DNA of 64,000 nucleotides from positions 5,252 through 69,251 of IMG/VR virus record IMGVR_UViG_3300025929_000016; one strand, written 5' to 3'. The notes beneath the pieces are model-generated. The model was given only the letters and a program-made list of their open reading frames with translations, had not been told where the DNA came from and ran no database searches. Positions within the stretch are counted from its first letter, which is position 1; each line of letters begins with the position of its first letter. This DNA comes from a virus. The position numbers were made by a program, and so were the translations under genes. Below, one piece after another: positions 55,937 to 64,000 of this stretch.

Positions 55937-56476
55937 CTATGCGTCGCCAGCTACCTTTGCCGGTGCCACGCCCGCCCCACTTACAGCAGCCTGCGCCGCC
56001 AGTGCTTGCTTCAGCCTATCCTTCGCGGTAACAGTCTCCATCGGCCCACCATCCTTGCCAGTCAGTTCCACGGCAGCAGTCTCCTTCCACTTCGCACGTG
56101 TCTTGAGCCAGAACTTTGTCATGTCAGGTGACTGACCGCTCATCGCCATCTGCAACGCAACCTTTGCCACCATGACATTCGGCAGATGCTGGCTGACAGT
56201 CAGCTCTTTCACATAGTACTTCTTCAGCAGCTTGAGTTCGATATTGAGCGCAAGGGCAATGTCCTTTGGCTCCAGGCCCATGCATGTGAGTACGGATACC
56301 TCTCGTGCTTGTGCTGGCGTTGGATTGAAGCCCGGTGAGTTATGACCGGGCTTTAGTTCAATACCTTTCTCCTTCAGGAGTTCAACATGTAGTTCTCGCA
56401 GGCGAGCTTCGGCGTCCTTCGGATCCTCGTATTCGCCGAGTCCCAATGAATCCCAATCTATGGCTTTAAAGGACAT
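55937..56476 (-). CDS. terminase small subunit-like HTH protein
   Basis: PTPAQAREV...DIALALNI...LKKYY..EL...FWLKTRAKWKE...ELTGKDGGP, a typical TerS tail. Confidence 0.75.
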   Translation of the reverse strand: MSFKAIDWDSLGLGEYEDPKDAEARLRELHVELLKEKGIELKPGHNSPGFNPTPAQAREVSVLTCMGLEPKDIALALNIELKLLKKYYVKELTVSQHLPNVMVAKVALQMAMSGQSPDMTKFWLKTRAKWKETAAVELTGKDGGPMETVTAKDRLKQALAAQAAVSGAGVAPAKVAGDA

Positions 56477-56510
56477 TTTGTTACTCCTGGTTTAGCAATA
56501 ATATGAGTGC

Positions 56511-56539
56511 ATATTAGCATGAGAATTGCTGGACGGCAA
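56511..56539 (-). promoter_or_regulatory. promoter of terS with TTGC-N6-GCAA box
   Basis: TTGCCG-N17-TAATAT with extended TG; box at 56526-56539. Confidence 0.7.
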
Positions 56540-56993
56540 GCAGGTTTTATCGTGAAAAAGTGTTAGGTGTTACCCTGTCGTTACATCTGTTAGCACCTCC
56601 CACGCAAAACCAATATTTGGCGCGTGGCTAAGTCAAAACACGACGTTTTGCTGGCACGCTTTTTGCCAACTGCCTATTTTTTAAGCATCCGGTACATGTT
56701 ACCCTTGTTACACCTGTTACCACACCACGGCGCGATGACACCAATATAAACAAGCACTTAACAACCAATCACGTCCAAATGTTACCGACTTGGCATACAC
56801 CCGCCATAGGGGACGCAGATGCAATTGCAAAAACCGTTTCTGATTTTGTTTTGTTTGCCCTACTTTATTGCACCTGCTACCACTGCAAAACGCCCTTGTT
56901 ACAGGCCCACGGCAACCTCTTAATGTACCACTTGCAGGAGCCAGCCCGCACCCGTTAAACTGGCAACCTTTACGTAACAAAATAGGAGGAACC

Positions 56994-57671
56994 ATGAAGG
57001 GCGATCGGGATATACAGGCCGATTACATGCGGGTAATGAACAAAGCCCATGCGATAGGTGAGCATGTCTTTATGACAGGACACGGTGACCAACTCGGCAA
57101 TGTCAGTATCCGTTGCAGCGATGGCAAGATACGACGCGGTCATGTCATAGTGTGGGAAATGCATGCCAACCGAGAAGCGCCTATCGGCATGTATGTAGTG
57201 CGTAAGTGTGAGACTCAGGGATGCATACGCCACGAACACCTGGAGCTTATCACACCTCAGGAGCGTGAGAACAGGAAGAAAAAGAAGTTTGCCGAGATGT
57301 CCCAGCTCGAAAGGGAAGTACGCGAAGCCAACCGCATACGAGTAGAGCACGATGGCCTAGGCCCGGACGAAGTGCGAGGCATCTACTTCGACCCACGCAG
57401 CTATAACAAGCTGGCCGAAGCATATGGCATCAGCCGAACTACCGTGTACAAGATCAAGAAAGGTAAGATCTGGGCACATACCACCGGCCACGTACAAGAA
57501 GGTGAAGTGGAGCCGAGACGCGACCACCGTCAAAAGCTGACGGATGAACAGGTTATAGCGATACGCGAAGACACAAGACCGGCGCGGAAAGTAGCTGCTG
57601 ATTACGGAGTATCGCATGTGACTGTGTACCGCATCAAGAACTTCCTCGAACGTATCAACGTAAGCTACTAG
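56994..57671 (+). CDS. degenerate HNH-like protein with two C-terminal HTH domains
   Basis: AGGAGG RBS; HVIVWE...VVRKCETQGCIRHEHL; LAEAYGISRTTVYKIK and VAADYGVSHVTVYRIK. Confidence 0.7.
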   Translation: MKGDRDIQADYMRVMNKAHAIGEHVFMTGHGDQLGNVSIRCSDGKIRRGHVIVWEMHANREAPIGMYVVRKCETQGCIRHEHLELITPQERENRKKKKFAEMSQLEREVREANRIRVEHDGLGPDEVRGIYFDPRSYNKLAEAYGISRTTVYKIKKGKIWAHTTGHVQEGEVEPRRDHRQKLTDEQVIAIREDTRPARKVAADYGVSHVTVYRIKNFLERINVSY

Positions 57672-57680
57672 GAGAATAAC

Positions 57681-58103
57681 ATGGCAAGACAATTAGACCA
57701 GATGCAGCGAGGATACATGGCCCTGGGATGTCCACGCTGTGGCTTCTTCGGCACCCAAGGATGTCCACGAGGAGATGCTGATTGCCCGATGGGTAGATAC
57801 ATCCCTCCCAAGACACCGGAGCAGTTGCTGGAGGAAGAGGTCAATAAGCTCCTGCCAGTAAAGAACTTCCGTGTGCACATAAAGAAGACTGAGAACTCTA
57901 CCATGTGCCGCGTATCCATGTCAATCATAAACGAGCGGATGCATGACATCGGCGCCATGCCAGCGGACACGGAACCAGTCGTTATCATGCGCATGGTAGA
58001 GGCTTACCGGGCAGGGTTGGAACGTGGTAAAGAAGATGGCAAACAGCAGTTCCAGAAAGAGTTCAGGGACTTTATCGGCGCAGCTAAGGACATGGGAGAC
58101 TGA
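57681..58103 (+). CDS. hypothetical protein
   Basis: 140 aa; AGGAG RBS; CPRC. Confidence 0.7.
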   Translation: MARQLDQMQRGYMALGCPRCGFFGTQGCPRGDADCPMGRYIPPKTPEQLLEEEVNKLLPVKNFRVHIKKTENSTMCRVSMSIINERMHDIGAMPADTEPVVIMRMVEAYRAGLERGKEDGKQQFQKEFRDFIGAAKDMGD

Positions 58104-58104
58104 C

Positions 58105-58398
58105 ATGACGAGTCGATTATTGCGCAACTATCAGCTATCACTGGACTATGCTCACGGCGCGACGCTAGAACAATTAGCTTTCAAGTACGACGTCTCACCT
58201 GGACGCATACACCAGATATATGTGGAAACGATGGCTAAGTGTGCCCTCATAAGGTTCGACAAGCCTACACAGGCGATTAAGCTGCTAGAACACTTAAGAT
58301 ACTGGGAGGCGAAGAATAACGCGAAACGAGACACTCCTGAATACCATTACATGTTTGAACGTGGTGAACTAGACTACAGCTCTTTCTACTCACAATAA
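58105..58398 (+). CDS. sigma-70 region 4-like HTH protein
   Basis: RN...GATLEQLAFKYDVSPGRIHQI. Confidence 0.6.
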   Translation: MTSRLLRNYQLSLDYAHGATLEQLAFKYDVSPGRIHQIYVETMAKCALIRFDKPTQAIKLLEHLRYWEAKNNAKRDTPEYHYMFERGELDYSSFYSQ

Positions 58399-58417
58399 AC
58401 CTGTGGCAATTGATAGT

Positions 58418-58434
58418 TCCACAGTGCTATAATA
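58418..58434 (+). promoter_or_regulatory. extended -10 promoter
   Basis: TTCCACAGTGCTATAAT; near-identical to TTCCACTGTGGTATAAT at 59171-59187. Confidence 0.6.
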
Positions 58435-58474
58435 AACGTGCAGTCCTCCTATACAGTTTATAAAGGGTCATATC

Positions 58475-58798
58475 ATGAACGAAGAGATAGTAGCCAAGAA
58501 CGTTGGCCGCTTGTTGATACTGTATGTTATCTACAATACGGAAGACGAGTTTGACTTTGATAAGATAGACACAGTGGCGGCAGCGGTGCATAAGGCGTAT
58601 GAGCATGATTATGAACCACTGTTGCGTCTGGACAACTGGTTATCGCAAGAATATGACCATGTCCTGTCCGCACTGAATGTCCTTGTTAAGCTGGAAGATA
58701 TCCGCTTGTCCGGCGTGGTTTCACCCATCCACTTTGCCTGCGGCCCAACCGTAGAACTCACCCTCCGCAATCTACATAAAATCCTATCAGGAGAATAA
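58475..58798 (+). CDS. hypothetical protein
   Basis: 107-aa ORF after the promoter. Confidence 0.65.
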   Translation: MNEEIVAKNVGRLLILYVIYNTEDEFDFDKIDTVAAAVHKAYEHDYEPLLRLDNWLSQEYDHVLSALNVLVKLEDIRLSGVVSPIHFACGPTVELTLRNLHKILSGE

Positions 58799-58803
58799 CA
58801 ACA

Positions 58804-59160
58804 ATGCACCGCGATAACCTGCCCGAACTCAGCAGCTTGGCAATACCGCTGAACAATGTAGTGATGACCGTACTACTCCGCAAGATGGTATTGCGTCCGA
58901 CAGTGGAGGATGTCAGTAAGAACATGTTGCTGGCCGCGCTGTTGGTAGAACAACAGGGATATGAATCTGATATCTCGTATTACTTGCAGCATGCAGGACA
59001 TTTCATCAGCGGCACGAAGTATCTGGAACAGTGCATAGACAGCATACGCATCAACATACGACCTGATCCACACGTAATCGGTATCCCTGCCGGTGTCCAT
59101 CACTGGCTCTACAATATGGCCCATCGCATTATCAACCTGGAGACATCTAAACAAAGTTGA
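58804..59160 (+). CDS. hypothetical protein
   Basis: 118 aa; AGGAG RBS. Confidence 0.65.
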   Translation: MHRDNLPELSSLAIPLNNVVMTVLLRKMVLRPTVEDVSKNMLLAALLVEQQGYESDISYYLQHAGHFISGTKYLEQCIDSIRINIRPDPHVIGIPAGVHHWLYNMAHRIINLETSKQS

Positions 59161-59170
59161 ACCATCTTCC

Positions 59171-59187
59171 TTCCACTGTGGTATAAT
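59171..59187 (+). promoter_or_regulatory. extended -10 promoter
   Basis: TGG-TATAAT; shares the TTCCACWGTG block with 58418. Confidence 0.6.
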
Positions 59188-59235
59188 GCATGAAGTGCTC
59201 AACCGTGGGCGCTTAACTTATACAGGAGATATAAC

Positions 59236-59592
59236 ATGATGTCAGCACCCAATCCCACGCGCCTTTCGTCCCTGCCCTATCTGATGGCCGCTGTCCTGCA
59301 CTGTGCTATTGTCAATAACCGTGATCCAGGCGCGCTGGCACAGAAGGCCCATCGTCTAATTAACAAGCACGATTACAAGCATGAAAAGCTGGACCGCACG
59401 GCTCAAGTTGCTTGGGGAACAGATGTGTTCGAGTACCTCGATCAGCACAACCCGTTCAACCATACTCGATACATTATCGAGGTCATCATAACGAATACTA
59501 TGCCTGCCAACATGGAGAAGCTGGACAAGAAGGACGCGTCCTTCGGCAACCTGCGCGACTTCATTAACCACTGCCTGTCGGGAGATGAGTGA
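59236..59592 (+). CDS. hypothetical protein
   Basis: 118 aa; AGGAG RBS. Confidence 0.7.
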   Translation: MMSAPNPTRLSSLPYLMAAVLHCAIVNNRDPGALAQKAHRLINKHDYKHEKLDRTAQVAWGTDVFEYLDQHNPFNHTRYIIEVIITNTMPANMEKLDKKDASFGNLRDFINHCLSGDE

Positions 59593-59900
59593 TGGCGGAT
59601 AAAGAACGCGGCTCACCCATTGGCATGTTTCGGGCGAATGGACGCATTTACGAGCATCGCATATTCATAAGCTCGGACGACCGGGTTGAGTGCCAAGATG
59701 AAGACGGCAACCTTGTCCTGAAGTACACGGCGAATTGCGATGTGTTTGACCACAAGGGCGACCGCGTTGGCCGGTGGCACATGCACAAGGGCGAGTGGTA
59801 CTTCCAGTCTGAAAAGGACGACCAGAAGCACTTCTACAAGCGTGACCTGTTGGAAGCCGAGATGAAAGTATCACAACTCTACATCGAAGGGAAACTGTAA
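59589..59900 (+). CDS. hypothetical protein
   Basis: 103 aa; coupled to both neighbours. Confidence 0.65.
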   Translation: MMADKERGSPIGMFRANGRIYEHRIFISSDDRVECQDEDGNLVLKYTANCDVFDHKGDRVGRWHMHKGEWYFQSEKDDQKHFYKRDLLEAEMKVSQLYIEGKL

Positions 59901-60142
59901 TGCCTGCCTATCTTCCCAATCACCAACCGTTCCGGCAAGCGGGCGGGCAGCACCCGAGCGGTGCTCACCTGTCCTACAGCCTGACCACGCAGCCGAGCGG
60001 CAAGGTGCGGCTGAACGGTTACAACAATGGAGTAATGGTGATCTGCGCTTATAACCTATCGCCCGTTGATGCAGACACCTACGCACTGGACTTCATGCGC
60101 GACGGCGACCAACTTAACCCTGTCATAAGGAGACACAAATGA
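59900..60142 (+). CDS. hypothetical protein
   Basis: 80 aa; TAATG coupling. Confidence 0.55.
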   Translation: MPAYLPNHQPFRQAGGQHPSGAHLSYSLTTQPSGKVRLNGYNNGVMVICAYNLSPVDADTYALDFMRDGDQLNPVIRRHK

Positions 60143-60702
60143 GCATCGCAACGTGGGTACGTGAGAAACTAGCCTTTCGTAAGGCACTTGACCAAATCCG
60201 TCGTCAGTACGGCAAGCCTAGATCCGCATGGGACAAGGCTGAGCAACGACGCAAGGCGCGGGAACTGTTGGCCGCTGCAACGGAGGCGCAGATGCTCAAG
60301 GCTATGGGCATAGGTGTATCGCCAAAGAATCGAGGCCCGCAAGGGCCAACGCCTACTCTGCGAAAGCGCACTGTGGAGGAATCGCAGTCCTCATGGGCTA
60401 TGTCGCCAGAGGCGCAGAACCAGCTTGACCTGCTTACCATCAGCAGCGCACTGCGCAACCATGAGCAGACATGGCCGACGGACGAACCTTTCACAGGCAA
60501 AGGCGGCACGTTTGATGGCGGTGGGGCGAGCAGCGACTGGGATAGTACACCTGTCCACAGCCCATCACATTCGTACTGCTCGAGTGGCGATAGCAGCTCA
60601 TCGTCAAGCTCCTACAGTAGTTCGTCCAGCAGTTCATACGACAGCGGGTCATCTAGCTCTAGTAGCGATAGTGGCTCTTCATCCTCAAGCAGTTCAGACT
60701 AG
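60139..60702 (+). CDS. hypothetical protein with Gly/Ser-rich low-complexity tail
   Basis: AGGAG RBS; GGTFDGGGASSDW followed by poly-Ser. Confidence 0.75.
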   Translation: MSIATWVREKLAFRKALDQIRRQYGKPRSAWDKAEQRRKARELLAAATEAQMLKAMGIGVSPKNRGPQGPTPTLRKRTVEESQSSWAMSPEAQNQLDLLTISSALRNHEQTWPTDEPFTGKGGTFDGGGASSDWDSTPVHSPSHSYCSSGDSSSSSSSYSSSSSSSYDSGSSSSSSDSGSSSSSSSD

Positions 60703-60711
60703 GAGCAAGTC

Positions 60712-61110
60712 ATGCCTTGCAGAAGCGATTATCAAGATCCAACACCACGCGAAGAGTATTGCCAGCGGACGGCGCAACTTTACAAGTTCGTGTTGGAGCA
60801 ACTTGAGCGACCAGTGCCTGTCTACGTCCAGGATACGGCAGAACATCAATATGCAAGTATGGATTATACGACGGCACTTTGTCACGAGCTGACTATCATG
60901 ACGCCGGGCGAGCGCAACAGCATCGTCTACAATGGTCACAACGCTACTTCACGCCAGTTAGCTAATTGGTGGGAGGCACACGAAAAGCTTGACCAGAAGC
61001 GCAAGGCCCAGGAGTCTGATGTCGCCAAGCAACAGGCTCTGGTCGCATCAGCTCTGGACAAGCTGACCGATGAAGAATACCAAGCACTCACAGGAAGGAG
61101 CAAGCCATGA
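60712..61110 (+). CDS. conserved phage hypothetical protein
   Basis: MPC...ALC...LANWWEAHEKLD...ALDKLTDEE pattern. Confidence 0.75.
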   Translation: MPCRSDYQDPTPREEYCQRTAQLYKFVLEQLERPVPVYVQDTAEHQYASMDYTTALCHELTIMTPGERNSIVYNGHNATSRQLANWWEAHEKLDQKRKAQESDVAKQQALVASALDKLTDEEYQALTGRSKP

Positions 61111-61412
61111 TTACCAAACTGATAACCGCTTTCCAGAAGCGTCGCATAGACCGCGAGCTGATGCAACTGGAGCTTGAAGAACTGCAAGCCCATGCGCAGG
61201 CAGAGTTCAACGTCATCAAGGCCGAACGTGCATTGACCGATGCAGAACTGCGGCGTGAGCGGGCACATGACGATGCCCGTATGCATAAGCGTTGGGAAAC
61301 CAAGCGCCTAGAGATTGAGCGTAAGTATCTGGCACTGGAACAGCCGAAGGAAGATTTCGGTATCTTCAACGGCGATAAAGTCACCACATTGATTAAGAAG
61401 GATCAGCCATGA
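61107..61412 (+). CDS. coiled-coil hypothetical protein
   Basis: 101 aa; AGGAG RBS. Confidence 0.65.
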   Translation: MITKLITAFQKRRIDRELMQLELEELQAHAQAEFNVIKAERALTDAELRRERAHDDARMHKRWETKRLEIERKYLALEQPKEDFGIFNGDKVTTLIKKDQP

Positions 61413-61669
61413 ACATTCTTACCCGACAACAGGTTCTTGTGAACACTGATCCACAGCGGCGCTGCTACAACGGATGCCACTTCAGCTCCGAGCTTGTCTG
61501 GACGCCATGGGTTGTGCTGGAATACGATGTGGATGCAGATAAGGTGGAGCGCCGCGTCGAGTTCTGGAAAGAGCTAAATGGGATTGCTGTGGCGGGCCGT
61601 GGAGAAGGTGCCCGGCGCGAATTTAAAATCGTCCCAAGCGACATATTAGAACTCACCGAGCAAGATTAA
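61409..61669 (+). CDS. hypothetical protein
   Basis: NTDPQRRCYNGCHFSSE; ATGA coupling. Confidence 0.65.
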   Translation: MNILTRQQVLVNTDPQRRCYNGCHFSSELVWTPWVVLEYDVDADKVERRVEFWKELNGIAVAGRGEGARREFKIVPSDILELTEQD

Positions 61670-61722
61670 CTGGCCGCAACTGTTGCCGTATGGTACCCTG
61701 GACTGCACATCTTGGAGGTACC

Positions 61723-62064
61723 ATGACGCAGCAAGAGCTTTTCGATTACACCCTGTTGTACTTGCGCCAACAAGGGCAAGCAAGCCTGTCCCCTGCCGGT
61801 GTATGCCGCTATAAGGCTTCCTACGGTGCCTGCGCTATGGGTTGCCACCTGTTACCCGGCGAATACAGCGAGGACATGGAGCGCTTCTCTGTTGATCAAC
61901 TGATAGAGAAGGGTAAGTGGCCCGCACGTTTGATGGAGCATCGGGCACTGATGAAAGAACTACAGACTGCGCACGATATTGACCTGTTGGTCAGCGTTGA
62001 GCAGTGGGAACAGCAGATGTATATCATCTCTAAATATTTCGGACTCATCTACAGCAGGGACTAA
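61723..62064 (+). CDS. hypothetical protein
   Basis: GGAGG RBS; QELFD...QG...CRY...CAMGC...LQTAHD pattern. Confidence 0.7.
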   Translation: MTQQELFDYTLLYLRQQGQASLSPAGVCRYKASYGACAMGCHLLPGEYSEDMERFSVDQLIEKGKWPARLMEHRALMKELQTAHDIDLLVSVEQWEQQMYIISKYFGLIYSRD

Positions 62065-62065
62065 C

Positions 62066-62557
62066 ATGAAACTCTTGCTTTTATTATTGCTGGCGCCGAC
62101 GCTGGTCTTTGGAGAACCTTGTGAAACTATCACCTATAGTCATAGCACTCAGCCGCGTGTACATAAACCCATTCGCAAGAATGCCGCCCCTGTGGGCACT
62201 AAGAAACGTATCGTCAAAGCTCGTGTACATGCGGCCAGAATTGCTACAGTTAATCGGTACGACTGCCCTCCAATTTCTGTCCCGCCCGCATACGCGAGAA
62301 TTATCCCTGGAGTTCCGTATATCGGTGTTCCTCCTGTCTGGGGCTATCCATACCCCATGCCTGCACCCACTGGACCGCTACCTATCTATCCCGGAACGCC
62401 AGAGGACTTCCCACGAACACCCGGCACTCCACCACTATATAATCCCCCTGAAGGAAGCCCGCCAATTCAACCGACCGATATACCAGAGCCGCCGACCATT
62501 TCGGTCATCCTTTTCGGCTTGGCCTTGATGGTTGCGCGGCGCTACTTGAAATCGTAA
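62066..62557 (+). CDS. PEP-CTERM sorting-domain protein
   Basis: Signal peptide MKLLLLLLLAPTLVFG, Pro-rich stalk, C-terminal IPEPPTISVILFGLALMVARR. Confidence 0.85.
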   Translation: MKLLLLLLLAPTLVFGEPCETITYSHSTQPRVHKPIRKNAAPVGTKKRIVKARVHAARIATVNRYDCPPISVPPAYARIIPGVPYIGVPPVWGYPYPMPAPTGPLPIYPGTPEDFPRTPGTPPLYNPPEGSPPIQPTDIPEPPTISVILFGLALMVARRYLKS

Positions 62558-62574
62558 GGCTCTAAACGCAAACC

Positions 62575-62603
62575 TTGTAATCGGAATACGATTCACCTAT
62601 AAT
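62575..62603 (+). promoter_or_regulatory. sigma70 promoter
   Basis: TTGTAA-N17-TATAAT. Confidence 0.75.
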
Positions 62604-62655
62604 AGTACTTAGCAGCGGAATAGTCCACTGCGATAAATCATACAGGAGTAATATC

Positions 62656-63633
62656 ATGAGCCACGAATTCCAAGCAGACGCATCCGGCAAAGTCCCATTC
62701 GCATTCGTCGGTGAGCAAACATGGCACGGTCTGGGTCAGAAGCTGCAACCGGGCGCACCGATCCCAGTCTGGATCGAAGAAGCTGGCTTCAACTACAACA
62801 TCGAAGCCGGTGTGGTCGAGTGCCAAGCGGGCGACAGCAAGGTGATCATGCCTAACAAGCGCCTGCTGTATCGCAACGATACCAAGGCTCCTCTCGCTGT
62901 TGTCGGCGACAAGTACAAGATTGTTCAACCTCCAGATGTCCTCAAATTCTATGAAGATCTCGTCGCTTCCGGTGGATTCCACCTCGAAACTGCTGGCGTC
63001 CTTTTTGGTGGCTCCCGTTACTTTGCATTGGCAAAGGTCGCAGAACACCAACAAGTTGTGGATGGCGATGCGATCGGCGGGTATCTGCTCCTCGCTACCG
63101 CATGCGATGGAAGTCTGGCAACAACGGCACAGTTCACATCAGTTCGCGTGGTCTGCAATAACACCTTACAGATGGCGCTACGAGATACTTCCGGCAAGGA
63201 ACTCAAGCGCATTAAAGTTCCTCATAGCCGAGAATTTGACCATGTGGCCGTTAAGGAACAACTCGGTCTGTCGCAGTCCAGTTTCCAACTGTTCATGCAA
63301 GACATGCGCGTCTTGGCAAAACGGCCACTGATGAACAACGAAGCAGCCAACTTCCTTATTGGTCTGGTCGGCGACCCAACCCAAAGCCTGCAAGATCAGG
63401 AACCCGGCCCTGCCAACCTGATGAAGTCAATCTGGCACCTGTACAGCGGCGCGGCAAAGGGTGCTAGTATGGCCGGCAAGACAGCCTACGGCATGCTTAA
63501 CGCGGTCACTGAGTATGCAGACCACCACACCGGCCACAAAACAGCGGACGCACGGCTGGATGCGGCATGGTTTGGCAAGACGGCTGAGATGAAGGCTAAG
63601 GCTTACGAGCAGCTGATGTTCATGACTGCCTAA
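62656..63633 (+). CDS. DUF932 (phage/plasmid TIGR03299-like) protein
   Basis: TWHGLG, LETAGVL.GG, YLLLATACDGSLAT...TSVRVVCNNTL, LNAVTEYADH. Confidence 0.9.
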   Translation: MSHEFQADASGKVPFAFVGEQTWHGLGQKLQPGAPIPVWIEEAGFNYNIEAGVVECQAGDSKVIMPNKRLLYRNDTKAPLAVVGDKYKIVQPPDVLKFYEDLVASGGFHLETAGVLFGGSRYFALAKVAEHQQVVDGDAIGGYLLLATACDGSLATTAQFTSVRVVCNNTLQMALRDTSGKELKRIKVPHSREFDHVAVKEQLGLSQSSFQLFMQDMRVLAKRPLMNNEAANFLIGLVGDPTQSLQDQEPGPANLMKSIWHLYSGAAKGASMAGKTAYGMLNAVTEYADHHTGHKTADARLDAAWFGKTAEMKAKAYEQLMFMTA

Positions 63634-63667
63634 TAAATAACAGGGAAGCTTCAGCGATAACTCCTCG

Positions 63668-63692
63668 CCCGGCAGGTTGCCGGGTTTTCTTT
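63668..63692 (+). terminator. rho-independent terminator
   Basis: CCCGGCA-GGT-TGCCGGG-TTTTCTTT. Confidence 0.75.
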
Positions 63693-63707
63693 ACCTAAGG
63701 AGTTGTC

Positions 63708-64000
63708 ATGTTTGCAAGATCAGCAGTTGCCGCAATGCTTTGTCTAGCCTCACTCAGCGCCAGCGCATTGACCCTTGACTTTGAGGGCATTGCTGCCGGT
63801 GCCGCGCCGGGTGAGTTTTATGCATCACAAGGTATCCACTTCACTGGAGGGACTGTGGCCTACAATCAGGAAGGTGCGTATGTCGTCGGCCAGACAAAAG
63901 TGTCGTTCGACCAACCAGTGTCCAACATGGTGTTCATGGCCGATGGTCTCAACATCGATAGTATGTCAACCGTCTGCTTCCGCAGCGGCTGCGAGCCTTT
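63708..64000 (+). CDS. secreted protein, PEP-CTERM-family-like N-terminus (truncated by window edge)
   Basis: Not in track. TAAGGAG RBS; MFARSAVAAMLCLASLSASA|LTLDFEGIAAG...FYASQGIHFTGG, a signal peptide with ASA cleavage site followed by a TLDFE start. Confidence 0.6.
   Translation, partial: MFARSAVAAMLCLASLSASALTLDFEGIAAGAAPGEFYASQGIHFTGGTVAYNQEGAYVVGQTKVSFDQPVSNMVFMADGLNIDSMSTVCFRSGCEP

Noticed and set aside
60560-60700. Tandem repeat element
   Set aside because: Low-complexity poly-Ser coding tail using mixed codons; a common protein feature.
1-64000. Prophage with integrase/att sites or flanking host genes
   Set aside because: No integrase, repressor-cro switch or bacterial housekeeping genes were seen. 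Lifestyle cannot be settled because the genome extends beyond the window.

Overview
A 64-kb segment of a tailed dsDNA bacteriophage genome, probably podovirus-like. No integrase, RNA polymerase, tRNA or CRISPR array is visible, and both window edges cut through genes. Layout: (i) 1-19.0 kb, minus strand: DNA modification, nucleotide metabolism and replication. This includes a MazG-like NTP pyrophosphohydrolase, GREB1/JGT-like glycosyltransferase, family A DNA polymerase, ATP-dependent ligase, HD nucleotidase, dUMP hydroxymethylase, aGPT-Pplase1/5-hmdU DNA kinase-like protein, UvrD and SNF2 helicases, AEP primase, PD-(D/E)XK nuclease and SSB. (ii) 19.5-53.7 kb, minus strand: ejection proteins, tail, lysis cassette, four large receptor-binding/appendage proteins, capsid, GroES, Tad2-like protein, portal and TerL. 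(iii) 53.7-56.9 kb: a non-coding control region, a small plus-strand island and a TerS-like gene. (iv) 57-64 kb, plus strand: probable early genes, including PEP-CTERM-type exported proteins and DUF932. The most notable observations are a hydroxymethyluracil pathway paired with a base-J-type glycosyltransferase, a ~12-copy ~17-bp-period array of a TTGC-N6-GCAA palindrome that also overlaps the -35 region of six structural/lysis/packaging promoters, phage-encoded PEP-CTERM proteins, and a hairpin-dense candidate ncRNA upstream of ssb. All family assignments come from motif recognition by eye, not database searches.
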